Source of the DNA: Planctomycetota bacterium
GTDB lineage: Bacteria; Planctomycetota; UBA8742; UBA2392
Assembly (NCBI GenBank): GCA_016722065.1
Contig: JADKGX010000002.1
Span: 126,264-190,263, forward strand
Length of the DNA stretch: 64,000 bases
Reading direction: 5' to 3'
In this document: in pieces, positions 10,666-20,475 of the stretch
How positions within the stretch are numbered: position 1 is the stretch's first letter
How the letters are laid out: every line of letters begins with the position of its first letter
The notes under the pieces: model-generated
What the model saw: the letters and a program-made list of their open reading frames with translations, nothing else
What the model was told of the DNA's origin: nothing
The model's database searches: none
Translations under genes and position numbers: made by a program

Positions 10666-10836
10666 GCAGATTCTCCAGATGGTTGCGGGCACAAAGGCCA
10701 ACGGCGTACCAGACTACGCACGCAACTGACCAAATTCTTCACAAAATCGCGGCACCCACAGCTATGTGGGCTTGTACGGCATGGACTTACGCCGATAGAC
10801 AGAAAAGGTAGCGAATATGGGCAACTTGTGCAATCG

Positions 10837-11592
10837 CTAGCGAAGGCTGGTCATAAACCGGCCGCCGTCGACCTTCATGCATTCGCCCGTGATCCATCCG
10901 GCTTCCGGGCTGGCCAAGAATACAATCGCAGCCGCAACATCGGCCGGTTCACCGTGGCGGCCCAAGGGGTGCGTCTCGCGTGCCCGGTTCAGAAACGCGT
11001 CGTAATCGGGTACCGCGCCAGACACCTTGTGCAGTTCGCTTCGCACAACACCGGGCTCGACGGCGTTCACCCGCACACCCTGTGGCGCAAGTTCCAGCGC
11101 CATGGTTTGCGTCATCATGCTGACTGCGGCCTTGCTGCCGCAATAAGCAAGCAGGTTGGAGTAAGGCCGCGTCCCGCAAACACTGCTGACGTTGATAATG
11201 CTGCCCTTGTGCTTGATCAACTCCGGCCCCGCTGCCTGGGTCAGCAGGAACAGTCCCATCACGTTGGCCTGAAAGATGCGCTCAAACTCGGCTGGTGGCG
11301 TGTTCAGCACCCCGCCGTTGCCAATCACGCCGGCGCTGTTGACCAGAACATCCAAACGGCCATGACGCTTTACCGTGGCGGCAACGGCGCTTTGGCAATC
11401 CGCGGCGCTGGTGACGTCACCTGCCACAAAGTCCGCAGCGGGGCCGATTGCAGAACATGCTTGCTTCAACTTCGTCTCGCGGCGGCCCATCAGTACAACC
11501 TGTGCGCCTTCCCGCGCGAACTGCTGTGCGGCGCCCAAACCGATGCCAGTTGCGCCGCCGCTGACCAATACAACGTTGCCTTCAAAGCGCAT
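10837..11592 (-). CDS. SDR family oxidoreductase
   Basis: VLVSGGATGIGLG cofactor motif. Catalytic S...YxxSK (YCGSKAAV). Confidence 0.85.
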   Translation of the reverse strand: MRFEGNVVLVSGGATGIGLGAAQQFAREGAQVVLMGRRETKLKQACSAIGPAADFVAGDVTSAADCQSAVAATVKRHGRLDVLVNSAGVIGNGGVLNTPPAEFERIFQANVMGLFLLTQAAGPELIKHKGSIINVSSVCGTRPYSNLLAYCGSKAAVSMMTQTMALELAPQGVRVNAVEPGVVRSELHKVSGAVPDYDAFLNRARETHPLGRHGEPADVAAAIVFLASPEAGWITGECMKVDGGRFMTSLR

Positions 11593-11593
11593 G

Positions 11594-12130
11594 TCAGCTC
11601 TCCCGCCGGATCAGGTGAAAACCGAACGCGCTTTCCACGATGCGGGCGTGACCAACTTTGGTCGATTTGCCGCAGGCGCTGAAGGCCGGGTCCAGCCCGT
11701 CATTGCCCCCCACCGGATAGCGGTTGTGTTTGTCGCCGCTGTCTTCGTTGTGCTTTTCCTGCAGTTCCTTCCACACGGCCTCGGTGGGGTTGTTGCGGTA
11801 AATTGCCCAAACGGAATCTATCAACTTGCGGGCTTCTTCTTTGGTGCGGGGGCTGCTGACCTGCACGCGCGGGTTGGCGCCGGTCCAGCTGATCAGAATA
11901 TGCGTTACCACGCCACGGGCATCGGGCGCGATCAGCTTGCCCCAACTGTCGTCGTAGGGCGTGTTCAAGTCAACCTTTGGGGGCGCTGGCGGTGGCTGGT
12001 CAAAGGGCCGGTAGATCAAGAAGGCAATCACGATGCCCAGAACAACGGCGCCCAAGACCCCGCCGATCAAGCCCGCCTTGCTGTCCTTGTTGCGTCTGGC
12101 CACGACGTTCTCCTTGCCGATCGCCTGCAA
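11594..12130 (-). CDS. Membrane-anchored PpiC-type (parvulin) peptidyl-prolyl isomerase
   Basis: N-terminal TM (LIGGVLGAVVLGIVIAFLIY). Rotamase core VTHILISW...FGFHLIRRE. Confidence 0.7.
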   Translation of the reverse strand: MQAIGKENVVARRNKDSKAGLIGGVLGAVVLGIVIAFLIYRPFDQPPPAPPKVDLNTPYDDSWGKLIAPDARGVVTHILISWTGANPRVQVSSPRTKEEARKLIDSVWAIYRNNPTEAVWKELQEKHNEDSGDKHNRYPVGGNDGLDPAFSACGKSTKVGHARIVESAFGFHLIRRES

Positions 12131-12173
12131 TAGAAGCGCTGCATTGTATGCTGCGGGTGGCTAGATTAGCGGC

Positions 12174-12515
12174 ATGGCCGAACCAATCCAGATACTCACG
12201 CAAGAGCGCCCCTGGCGCGAGTTTGCCGATGCACCCGGTGTGCATTACAAAACCCTGCGTAAGCATGCGCAGAACGACGGGATTTCGCTGTTGTTGAAGT
12301 TCGACCCGGGCGCCAGGTACCACGCCCACAGCCACCCGGGCGGTGAAGAGTACTTCGTGGTGGAAGGCGTATTGAACGATCTGGGCAAGACCTGGCCCCA
12401 AGGCAGCTACCTGTGGCACCCGCCGGGTTCCGGCCACCGGCCCTATAGCGACCAAGGTTGCGTGTTGTTGGTGGTGCTGCCCAGCGGCATTGTCCGCGCT
12501 GGTAGCAAGGTCTAG
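12174..12515 (+). CDS. Cupin domain protein (ChrR-like cupin)
   Basis: Cupin motifs HSHPGGEEYFVVEG and WHPPGSGH. 113 aa. Confidence 0.6.
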   Translation: MAEPIQILTQERPWREFADAPGVHYKTLRKHAQNDGISLLLKFDPGARYHAHSHPGGEEYFVVEGVLNDLGKTWPQGSYLWHPPGSGHRPYSDQGCVLLVVLPSGIVRAGSKV

Positions 12516-12787
12516 GCCGGAGGCGTGTCTGCCGCAGGCAGCGACCGGATGCGCGAAGTGGCGCCGGTCTGGATGCGAATATCGGACCAGGTGGCAACTC
12601 GCAACTGCGAGGCCGGTAAGCTGACAACCTCGCCCGTGTCATTAAAGCGGACGGTGCAAGTTTCCTGGGGGCGTACCAGGCCCATCAACTGGCCAGTTCG
12701 CTTGCTGTTGGTGCAGAACACGCTTTGGCCTACAACCAGTTTCGTTCCCAGTGCGTCTTTGGCAAAGGTCGTGGTGTCATTGCTCAT
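12512..12787 (-). CDS. Small hypothetical protein
   Basis: 91-aa ORF, convergent with the cupin gene. Protein-like composition. The competing + frame ORF 12525-12884 is R/S-rich and looks artefactual. Confidence 0.35.
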   Translation of the reverse strand: MSNDTTTFAKDALGTKLVVGQSVFCTNSKRTGQLMGLVRPQETCTVRFNDTGEVVSLPASQLRVATWSDIRIQTGATSRIRSLPAADTPPA

Positions 12788-12914
12788 GCATTCGTCCGTA
12801 ATTGGCTGCCGTCAATTCTCGTCTATCGTCACAATCCTCAACGACCGCCGGATCGAAATCCTTCCCTTTGCGAGCGATTCTTGAATTTCTACGCGACACT
12901 AGGGCCGCGATCGA

Positions 12915-14336
12915 TTACGGCATGGAAACCTCGACTTCGCTGCTGGCAACAGAGCGATTGCCCGCAAAGTCGTAGGCCTGCACAAAATAGCGATAGTTCA
13001 AGCCTGCCACGGCATTGCTGTCGTGGTAGGCGTGCACGGCGCCGGGCACTGCGTCAATCCGCTGTGGCGGGCTTGTCCCCTCGGCGCGCCAGATGTCGTA
13101 ACCGTAGACGCCCTCGGCGTCCTCTGCCGCATTCCACTTCAGGCTGACGCGGGCCTGGCTGATGTCGGCCACCAACGCCGCGCCCTTGGCGGGCCATACA
13201 GGCGGCGTCGTGTCTGTGCTTTGGGGTGCCTGGATCGCGCCGCGTGGCCACAGGAAGCATGTTACGGTTTGAAAGCGCTCATCCTTGGCCTTACACACAT
13301 TGGCATAACAGCAGCGAATGACCTTATCAAAGCGTCCGGCCTGCACTTTGCGTGGCCAGTCAGGGTCGGCCAGGATCGGCCTGGCCATGCCGATCAAATC
13401 CGCCTGGCCGGCCTGAAGAATGTCTTCCGCCAGTTCCGGCCGGTTGATCTTGCCGGTGGCGACTACAGGTGTGAACAGCCCGTGCTGGCGCAGGTGATCC
13501 TTGATTCCGGCCGCGATGTAAAGGTTCGCCGCAGGCGGATAGTTGCGACCCGGCATGCAGCGTTCGCCGCTGTAGCCGGTGTAGGGATACAGCGGCTCGC
13601 CCTCACGCGGCTGCGCATCCTCGAACTTGCCCCCGGCGCTGATGCTGAGCCAGTCCACACCATATTGGGCAAAGCGCAGCGCCATCACGCGGGCTTCGTC
13701 GAGGGTGTAGCCGCCCTTTACGCACTCCTCGCCATCAAAACGAATCCCAACCGGCACGTTTGCCCCAACGGCTGCCCGGACCGCAGCCAGGGTCTCCAGT
13801 GGCAGACGCAGCCGGCGCTGCAGTGACCCGCCGTAATCATCTCGCCGGCCGTTATGCCGGCTCAGGAAGCTCGAAAGCGTGTAGGCGTGTGCCATGTGCA
13901 GCTCAATGGCATCAAAACCCGCCTGCAAGCCACGCACAGCCGCCTGGGCGTACAGACCGGGTATCGCCAGTACCTCGGCAACACTTAGGTCTTGAACTTT
14001 CTGCCGCCAACCCGTGCGTGATATCTTCAGGAAGTGAATAATCTGCGGGGCACACTTGCCCGGCCCCGCGTCGTGCATTTTTGAAGCAAGGTCGCGCAAA
14101 CCAGTAACGAATTCGTCGCCGGAAATGCGCAACAGCGGGCCCGACTTGCTGCCGTGCACGGCCATCGCTTCCAGCACAACCAAGCCGGCACCACCTTGTG
14201 CAAAACGCACGTACCGATCCGTAATGGGCTGGTTCACAAAGCCGTCTTCACCGGACAGCCGCGTCACCATGGCGGGTACAACAAGGCGGTTCGGCAGCGT
14301 CATCGAATTGACGGCGAGCGGCGAAAACAGCTTCAT
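12915..14336 (-). CDS. NADH:flavin oxidoreductase (Old Yellow Enzyme family) fused to a C-terminal fibronectin type III domain
   Basis: OYE TIM-barrel motifs (NRLVVPAM, HMAHAYTLSSFLS, GIRFDGEE). The last ~100 aa form an FN3-like module (LSLKWNAAEDAEGVYGYDIWRAE...YRYFVQAYDFAGNRS). Start at internal Met (MKLFSP). Confidence 0.8.
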   Translation of the reverse strand: MKLFSPLAVNSMTLPNRLVVPAMVTRLSGEDGFVNQPITDRYVRFAQGGAGLVVLEAMAVHGSKSGPLLRISGDEFVTGLRDLASKMHDAGPGKCAPQIIHFLKISRTGWRQKVQDLSVAEVLAIPGLYAQAAVRGLQAGFDAIELHMAHAYTLSSFLSRHNGRRDDYGGSLQRRLRLPLETLAAVRAAVGANVPVGIRFDGEECVKGGYTLDEARVMALRFAQYGVDWLSISAGGKFEDAQPREGEPLYPYTGYSGERCMPGRNYPPAANLYIAAGIKDHLRQHGLFTPVVATGKINRPELAEDILQAGQADLIGMARPILADPDWPRKVQAGRFDKVIRCCYANVCKAKDERFQTVTCFLWPRGAIQAPQSTDTTPPVWPAKGAALVADISQARVSLKWNAAEDAEGVYGYDIWRAEGTSPPQRIDAVPGAVHAYHDSNAVAGLNYRYFVQAYDFAGNRSVASSEVEVSMP

Positions 14337-15019
14337 CCAGCGACCTTCTTCTGGCGGCCGGAGCGCGAGGGTTTGGGCGCGGGTTTGGCTTCGGCTTCGG
14401 TGGCCACGCGACGTGCACGAGACCCACCCCAATCGGCCTGAACCAGATTCCCTTCGTTATCAAAGTAGAATGCCTGAACCCGAGTTCCTTCAGGAGTAAA
14501 CCACACAACTTCCCACAGCGGCGTTTGGCTCGGAAAAGGCGTTTCCGAAGTCAAACCATTGCAGACCAGCTTGGAGCCCGCGGTACCCAGGCGACCCGTG
14601 GTTTCTGTCAGCGGCGTAAAGGTCACGCTGGCTTCCGGCTGGTTGAAGATTCCTGCCGCCAGCGCAAACACGCCAAAGGTGGGCATGACGTCGTCGGACA
14701 CGGCGTCGCCGTTTTCGCCCGCTGCGCTGCCCGTGGCCTGGATGCGTCCCTGGGCAAAGCGCAATTGGCTGGTGATCTGTCCGTCGGCGAAGTCCACTTC
14801 CAGCGGCACAAAGCGGCCCTGGCGCCGGGTCAAGACCAGCTTGCAGCGCGCTTCGGTATCAATGGCGCGCTTGTCCAGGCGACCGTGGATGGAAACCTGC
14901 TGTTCCACGATCCGGCGGCTGTTGGTGTCGCGCGCACGCGTCAATTTCAAAAACCCCGCGTGCGGCGGGCTGGAGCTTCGGCCAAGGTGTACGGCAAACC
15001 AGTGTTCGCTGCTTTCCAT
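14333..15019 (-). CDS. Hypothetical protein
   Basis: 228-aa ORF, tightly coupled (4-bp overlap) to the downstream OYE gene. No recognisable motif. Confidence 0.45.
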   Translation of the reverse strand: MESSEHWFAVHLGRSSSPPHAGFLKLTRARDTNSRRIVEQQVSIHGRLDKRAIDTEARCKLVLTRRQGRFVPLEVDFADGQITSQLRFAQGRIQATGSAAGENGDAVSDDVMPTFGVFALAAGIFNQPEASVTFTPLTETTGRLGTAGSKLVCNGLTSETPFPSQTPLWEVVWFTPEGTRVQAFYFDNEGNLVQADWGGSRARRVATEAEAKPAPKPSRSGRQKKVAG

Positions 15020-15026
15020 GTTGATT

Positions 15027-15392
15027 TTACGCGTTGCCCTGCACCGGCTGCGGAGGAACCATGCGCAGCCTTTCCACGGGAATGCCCTTCACCAGGTGGC
15101 TTTGCACAATCTCGTCAACATCTGCCACCGTGACCTGCTTGTACCAGACAGCTTCCGGGTACACGACCACGCTGACGCCAAGTTCGCAGGTGTCCAGGCA
15201 GCCGCACTTCTGGGCACGAATACGGGGCTTGAGTTTCATGCCCTCAACCAACTCCTTGAATCGCGCCAATACCTGCGGCGACCCCTTGCGCGTGCAATCT
15301 CCGCGCGGGTTGTCGGCGGGCCGCTCGTTCAAACAGATGAACACATGCCGTTCAAAAGGCGGGTAGCGGCGGTTAGGGACAGGCTCAGGCAT
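15027..15392 (-). CDS. Thioredoxin-like (2Fe-2S) ferredoxin
   Basis: Cysteine pattern FICLNERP...GDC...CGCLDTC, typical of NuoE-like 2Fe-2S ferredoxins. 121 aa. Confidence 0.75.
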   Translation of the reverse strand: MPEPVPNRRYPPFERHVFICLNERPADNPRGDCTRKGSPQVLARFKELVEGMKLKPRIRAQKCGCLDTCELGVSVVVYPEAVWYKQVTVADVDEIVQSHLVKGIPVERLRMVPPQPVQGNA

Positions 15393-16518
15393 CAGGGGAC
15401 TCCAGAAGTTGCCGCGCGATCACCAGTTGCTGTACTTCACTTGCGCCCTCATAAATCCGAAGCGGGCGAATGTCGCGATACAGGCGCTCAAAGATACTTC
15501 CGTGCAACACGCCCTGGCCACCCGCAAGCTGCATGGCCTTGTCGATGATCCACTGTGCGTTTTCCGTCGCCTGCCACTTCGCCACTGCCACCTCGCGCGG
15601 GTTGCGATGGCCCTGATTATCAAACAGCCAGGCAGCGCGATAGGTCAGCAGCCGTGATGCATCCAGCCGCGCACTCATTTCTGCAAGCAGGCTTTGCGCC
15701 ACAGGCTGTTGCGCCAGGGTACTGCCAAACATGCGGCGGCCTTTAGTGTGCGTCAGGGCTTCATCCAGCGCTCGGCGCGCAAAACCGCAGGCCGCTGCGG
15801 CAACCGTCGTGCGGCAACGTTCCAGCGCCATTAACGCAAGTTTGAGCCCGTCGCCTTCCCCACCAAGCCGATTCGCCGCCGGAACGTGAACTTTGTCAAA
15901 CAGCACGCGACCCAAGGGGTGGGGCGAAGTCGGCCTCTGCGGCTGCACCAGCAGGCCCTTGGAATCTGCCGCCACCAGAAATGCTGTGATGCCCTTCCTG
16001 CCCTCGCTGGTTCGCGCAAACACTGTGTAGTGCGTGGCAATGCCGGCGTTGCTGATCAAGTGCTTCTGCCCTGTGATCTCGTAGCCGTCACCTGCGCCTG
16101 TTGCCGCGCAGGTCAGTGCCGCCACGTCGCTTCCGGCCTCTGGCTCTGTCAGCGCAAAGGCCATGCAGGCACTGCCGTTGGCCACCTTGGGCAGCATTTC
16201 AGCCTTCTGTTGCGGGCTGCCCATCAAACTGATGGCGATACTGCCCAGCGCCTGCATTACGTAGGCCAGATCTGCAATGCCGCTGTGCCAGGCCAGCACT
16301 TCACGCGCCAGCACGTTGGGCATCAGCCGCCAGGGGTCGGCTACGGTGTGCCTGAGTGTGCCCCACCGTGCCAAGGTTGCCAATGCTTCCTGCGAGGCCC
16401 TGGCATCGTTGCCGTTTTCCGGGTCTGGCCAGGTATGGGCTGCGGCCAACGCGTCCAAGTCGCGTGCAAGGGCGCGGTCGGAATCGGAAAAGAACGGCAT
16501 ATGCAGCAGTGCGTGCAT
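15385..16518 (-). CDS. Acyl-CoA dehydrogenase
   Basis: ACAD N-terminal, middle and C-terminal domain motifs (LTEPEAGSD, IYEGASEVQ). Confidence 0.85.
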   Translation of the reverse strand: MHALLHMPFFSDSDRALARDLDALAAAHTWPDPENGNDARASQEALATLARWGTLRHTVADPWRLMPNVLAREVLAWHSGIADLAYVMQALGSIAISLMGSPQQKAEMLPKVANGSACMAFALTEPEAGSDVAALTCAATGAGDGYEITGQKHLISNAGIATHYTVFARTSEGRKGITAFLVAADSKGLLVQPQRPTSPHPLGRVLFDKVHVPAANRLGGEGDGLKLALMALERCRTTVAAAACGFARRALDEALTHTKGRRMFGSTLAQQPVAQSLLAEMSARLDASRLLTYRAAWLFDNQGHRNPREVAVAKWQATENAQWIIDKAMQLAGGQGVLHGSIFERLYRDIRPLRIYEGASEVQQLVIARQLLESPDA

Positions 16519-16540
16519 GGTGGCGCAGACGGGCTTAGAG

Positions 16541-17329
16541 TTACCCAAACCGGGGGTCGCGCTTCTCCTTCCACGCGGCGTAGCTTTCCTTGAAATCGGG
16601 GTGCTGCATGCAGATCGCCTGTGCCTGGGCCTCGGCTTCCAGGGCCGTTTCCAGGTCAAAGTTCAGGGCCTTGTTCAGCAACTCTTTGGTCATCATCAAG
16701 CCGAACTGCGGGCCCTTGGCCAGCTTGGCGGCCAGTTCGTGCACGCGCGGCAGCAACTGCTGTTGCGGCAGAACCTCGTTGTAAAGGCCGATGCGCTGGG
16801 CTTCCAGGGCACTCACGAAATCGCCGGTCATCAGCAATTCGCTGGCCTTGGTCCAGCCGACAACCCGTGGCAGCAGAAAACAGGCGCCCATGTCGGCACC
16901 GGAAAGTCCAACCTTGGTGAACAGAAACGCGCACTTGGCGGTGTCGCTGGCGATGCGAAAGTCGCAGGCCAAGGCAATCGCCGCGCCTGCGCCGCAGGTG
17001 GTGCCATTGAGCGCGCCGATCACCGGCTTGCGAAACGCCCGCAGCGCGCGCACCACGTCGACGGTCATGCGCGTGAAATCCAGCAGGCCCTTCATGTCGC
17101 GGGCAAACAACTGGCCAATGATGTCCTCGACATCGCCGCCGCTGCAAAACGCCTTGCCTGCGCCCGTAAGGATCAGCACCCGGCACGAGGTCTGTGTGTC
17201 AAGCCAGCGCAGGAATAGCGGCAGTTCAGCGTACACGTCAAAGGTCAGCGCGTTCAGGCGCTCGGGCCGGTTCAGCGTCAGGGTGCCAATGCCGTCTTGC
17301 TGGGCATACAGAAAGTGCCTGGGCTTCAT
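16541..17329 (-). CDS. Enoyl-CoA hydratase/isomerase family protein
   Basis: Crotonase fold motifs (LTLNRPERLNAL, GAGKAFCSGGD, ALNGTTCGAG). Confidence 0.85.
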   Translation of the reverse strand: MKPRHFLYAQQDGIGTLTLNRPERLNALTFDVYAELPLFLRWLDTQTSCRVLILTGAGKAFCSGGDVEDIIGQLFARDMKGLLDFTRMTVDVVRALRAFRKPVIGALNGTTCGAGAAIALACDFRIASDTAKCAFLFTKVGLSGADMGACFLLPRVVGWTKASELLMTGDFVSALEAQRIGLYNEVLPQQQLLPRVHELAAKLAKGPQFGLMMTKELLNKALNFDLETALEAEAQAQAICMQHPDFKESYAAWKEKRDPRFG

Positions 17330-17796
17330 GGGCGACCCGCGGCTTTCTCAAACAGCGTGGCAATCTTGTCCAGGTCGGCGCGCAGGTTCTGCACATCATT
17401 TTCGGCCATGCCGGCAAACAGGGCGACGATTTTCTGTTCGTGCTCGGGGATGACCTTGGCGCAGTACAGCTTTCCTTGCGGGGTCAGGCGCACAAAGATC
17501 TGGCGGCGATCGCGCGGGTTGGTTTCGCGGCGCACCAGGTCACGCTTTTCCAGCCGGTCTACGATGCCCGTCAGGTTACCTGCCGTAACCAGCAGGCGCT
17601 CTGACAGCGCGCTGAAGGTCAAGCCGTCTTCGCTGCGGGCCAGTTGCGCCAGCACGTCGAACTGCGGCATGGTGCATTCGTCGCGCATGCCCCCGGCCAG
17701 TTCACGCATGGCCAGGTTGTAGCAGCGGGCCAGACGTATCCACATGCCCACGCGGGCACGCTGGGCCGGAAGCAGGGGTTCTCGAAGTTCAGACAT
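17326..17796 (-). CDS. MarR family transcriptional regulator
   Basis: Winged-helix MarR core (LTFSALSERLLVTAGNLTGIVDRLEKRDLVRRE...DRRQIFVRLTPQG). Start trimmed to an internal Met to limit overlap with the upstream RidA gene. Confidence 0.7.
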   Translation of the reverse strand: MSELREPLLPAQRARVGMWIRLARCYNLAMRELAGGMRDECTMPQFDVLAQLARSEDGLTFSALSERLLVTAGNLTGIVDRLEKRDLVRRETNPRDRRQIFVRLTPQGKLYCAKVIPEHEQKIVALFAGMAENDVQNLRADLDKIATLFEKAAGRP

Positions 17797-18196
17797 CAGC
17801 GATGACTCCGGTTGCTTCGATTTCAACTTTCGCACCAGGTTCCAGCAGGCCCTTCACCTCAAACAACGCCATGGCCGGAAAGTGGCGGCCCATGACTTCC
17901 CGCCAGGCCGCGCCAATCGCATTCAGGTTGGCGGCGTACTCTTGTTTGTCGGTAACGTACAAGTTGATGCGTCCCAGATGCTCCACTTTGCCGCCCGCGG
18001 CAACAACGCAATCGCGCACGTTGCTTAGCGCCTGGCGAAACTGGGCCACAAAATCGTCGCCCACAATTTTCTCGCGCGTATCCCAGCCCACTTGACCGGC
18101 AATGAACAACACGCGGCCCGGTGGCAGCACCACGGCGTTGTTGTAGCCACGCGGGCGCTTCCATTGGGGCGGGTTGCTGAACTCTGCTTGGCGCAT
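17789..18196 (-). CDS. RidA family protein (YjgF/L-PSP)
   Basis: 135 aa. RidA signature throughout, including a C-terminal conserved block. Confidence 0.8.
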   Translation of the reverse strand: MRQAEFSNPPQWKRPRGYNNAVVLPPGRVLFIAGQVGWDTREKIVGDDFVAQFRQALSNVRDCVVAAGGKVEHLGRINLYVTDKQEYAANLNAIGAAWREVMGRHFPAMALFEVKGLLEPGAKVEIEATGVIADV

Positions 18197-18963
18197 CAGT
18201 GTTCTATCTCTCCGCCATCGATGCTCAGGGCCTGGCCGTTGATGCCATGGGTTGCACGACCCAACAAAAAGGCAATTGATGCCGCCACTTCCTGGGGCTC
18301 AAAAATGCGGTTCTGGGGCGAAAGGCGCCTGATCTTGTCTTCCGCCTGCACTTCATCGAGCCCGGTGCGCGCGGCAATGTTGCTCAAGGTCTGGTCAAAC
18401 ATTTCTGTGCGCACATAGCCAGGGCAGACAGCATTGAACGTCACACCCTTGCCGGCAAACTCGCGCGCCAGAGACCGCGTTGCACCCAGCAGCGCATGTT
18501 TGCTGGCTGCATAGGCACTGACATAGGGGTAACCAGCCAGCGCTGCCGTGCTGCACACGTTGATGACCCGGCCACCCTTGTTCTCAATCATGCGCGGCAC
18601 CACTGCCCGCATGATGCGCATGGGCGCCAAGAAGTTCAGCGCCAGGTGACGCGTCAGAATGTCGTCGTCGGTTTTGGCCAGTGGTGCGCTTTCGGACATA
18701 CCCGCGTTATTGACCAGCCCCCAGGGCGGCCCCACAGCATCCAGCGCTGCGTCACGAATACGGGCGCCGGCGTTTGGATCCGTCACGTCTATGGCAAAAG
18801 TGGCAACCTTTGCACCCTGCGAAGCAAGTTCCAGCGCAAGATCGTTCAGCTTGGCTTCGTCGCGGGCCACCAGCAGTAATGAGTAGCCCTCCTTGGACAG
18901 ATGACGGGCGATTTGCGCGCCGATTCCGCGTGAAGCACCCGTGATGACGACGCTGTCAGCCAT
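18196..18963 (-). CDS. SDR family oxidoreductase
   Basis: ITGASRGIGAQIA cofactor motif. YAASKHAL catalytic motif. Confidence 0.85.
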   Translation of the reverse strand: MADSVVITGASRGIGAQIARHLSKEGYSLLLVARDEAKLNDLALELASQGAKVATFAIDVTDPNAGARIRDAALDAVGPPWGLVNNAGMSESAPLAKTDDDILTRHLALNFLAPMRIMRAVVPRMIENKGGRVINVCSTAALAGYPYVSAYAASKHALLGATRSLAREFAGKGVTFNAVCPGYVRTEMFDQTLSNIAARTGLDEVQAEDKIRRLSPQNRIFEPQEVAASIAFLLGRATHGINGQALSIDGGEIEH

Positions 18964-19097
18964 GTTAATACTTTAGGTCTCAATAGTTGCGCAATGCAAC
19001 TGATATAAATGCGACCTTTGGCCTGTGTGCGCAAGTCCTTTGCTGTTCAGTGCTTGGCAAATGTCAAGGACGCTCGCCCGTGGTGCGAAGGCCGGGC

Positions 19098-19850
19098 TCA
19101 AACAGCAAGTTGCTCTCGAACCGCCGTCACCAGTGCCTTGGCCAGCAGTTCATAGGTTCGCACTCCTTCTTCGGCGCTGGCCTGCTGCGGAAAGCCAAAG
19201 TAGGCCTGTGGCCCCCCTGCCTGCTCGAAGGTCTTGGCCCCCTTTGTGAAGGCTTCAGTCAGGCTGGCAGGATTGTCTTGCGCGCTGCGGCGGGCGGTTT
19301 CGTCCACGAGTTCGGGCCGCGCGGCCATGACCAGGCTGGTTTCGAATTGCCCCGCGTGGCAGGCGCCTGACTGGAACTCTTCGGTCAGCGTTTGGGCAAG
19401 TTTGCGCCGCGTGAAATCCGCAAACGCGACCTTTAGCCCCAGTGCGGCAATCTCGGTCGCTGCGTCGCGCAGCATGGCCACGTTGGCTGGGTCAAAATGA
19501 CTGTTGGCCAGTGCCAGACAGGCAAAGCCCTGGGCGTGCAGGGAACGTGCGATGTCCAGCAACACGGCCTTGGCGGCGCTGGCGCTGATGCTGATCGTGC
19601 CGGCAAACCCGGCGGCGTATTCGGCCGGGGCAAAAGCCAGCGCGGGCAGAATGAAGGCCGCAACTCCCGCGTCTTCAAGTTCCGGCACGGCGTACTGGGC
19701 CATGCCCTCACTGATGATGACGTCCGTGTTCAAGGGCAGGTGTGGGCCGTGAGCTTCCGTGGCGCCCAGTGGCAGAATCGCCACGACAGGACCTGCGGCA
19801 AGGGCAGCCTTGATTTGCGGCCAGGTTGCGTGAGCGAAAGCTGGGTTCAT
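19098..19850 (-). CDS. Creatininase family amidohydrolase
   Basis: Creatininase signature LPLGATEAHGPHLPLNTD and downstream metal-binding residues. Confidence 0.75.
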   Translation of the reverse strand: MNPAFAHATWPQIKAALAAGPVVAILPLGATEAHGPHLPLNTDVIISEGMAQYAVPELEDAGVAAFILPALAFAPAEYAAGFAGTISISASAAKAVLLDIARSLHAQGFACLALANSHFDPANVAMLRDAATEIAALGLKVAFADFTRRKLAQTLTEEFQSGACHAGQFETSLVMAARPELVDETARRSAQDNPASLTEAFTKGAKTFEQAGGPQAYFGFPQQASAEEGVRTYELLAKALVTAVREQLAV

Positions 19851-20272
19851 GGGTGACCAGGGACGGAGTGGATGCGCAAGGGGAACAAGCGCTGCACGGA
19901 CAAGAAGTCAGAGTCGACGGAGAAAATCGATAGATCTGCTGCGATTGCTGCTGCGCAGATAAGCAAGTCAGTAGGTGTGCCGTGGATCCCCTTTTGCCTG
20001 CAACGAAAGTCCATTTCTGCGGCCCGCTCATAAACGGCCGAGTCCAGGGGCAGGTCTTCGAATTCACGCAAGTGATCCCGAAGCTTGATCAACGCCGCAG
20101 CTGACTTTGCGCCGCTAAGCAATTCCTGCCGAATGGGGCCAATGATTTGCACCTGTCCCTCAAGAATCAAATTGTCGAGCTCCGCCACAACAATGGCTTG
20201 GAACGCGCTATGTCCTGCCTTCTGTCGACGCAAGGCCAGCGACCAGACAGACGTGTCTACAAGTACGCTCAT
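19847..20272 (-). CDS. vapC: Type II toxin VapC (PIN domain)
   Basis: PIN-domain acidic residues (VLVDTSVW...; ...SVDSDF). 4-bp overlap with the upstream antitoxin gene. Confidence 0.75.
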   Translation of the reverse strand: MSVLVDTSVWSLALRRQKAGHSAFQAIVVAELDNLILEGQVQIIGPIRQELLSGAKSAAALIKLRDHLREFEDLPLDSAVYERAAEMDFRCRQKGIHGTPTDLLICAAAIAADLSIFSVDSDFLSVQRLFPLRIHSVPGHP

Positions 20273-20475
20273 GCCCGAGTGCGCCTGCGTTCGGCCTTAT
20301 GGTCCCAATTTTCGCGGAAGTCCACCTTACCGAAGAGCCCGAGAATTCTGCGCTGCTTGCGGCGGCGCAGATACTCGACCAGCGCTGCCATAACGGCCTC
20401 GCGTTTGGACGAGAATCCACCCACCTTTACGACTTCCTTGATGACGTTGTCATCCAGCCCGAGATTGGTCGCCAT
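20269..20475 (-). CDS. vapB: Type II antitoxin VapB-like
   Basis: 68-aa basic protein immediately upstream of VapC and overlapping it. Start at internal Met (MATNLGL). Confidence 0.6.
   Translation of the reverse strand: MATNLGLDDNVIKEVVKVGGFSSKREAVMAALVEYLRRRKQRRILGLFGKVDFRENWDHKAERRRTRA

Noticed and set aside
10745-10775. Hairpin CCCACAGCTATGTGGG as terminator of the SDR gene
   Set aside because: The stem is short (6 bp) and the T-run is displaced ~9 nt from the stem. It is more likely part of the promoter region of the divergent secreted-protein gene.
9304-11682. 792-aa plus-strand ORF spanning three minus-strand genes
   Set aside because: It is antisense to the secreted toroid protein, the SDR and the PPIase, all of which have clear domain signatures. 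The composition is Ala/Val/Leu/Arg-rich and low in information. It is a GC-frame artefact.
14559-15548. 329-aa plus-strand ORF overlapping the hypothetical, ferredoxin and ACAD genes
   Set aside because: The opposite strand encodes a recognisable 2Fe-2S ferredoxin and an ACAD. This frame is Arg/Ala/Pro-rich with no motifs.
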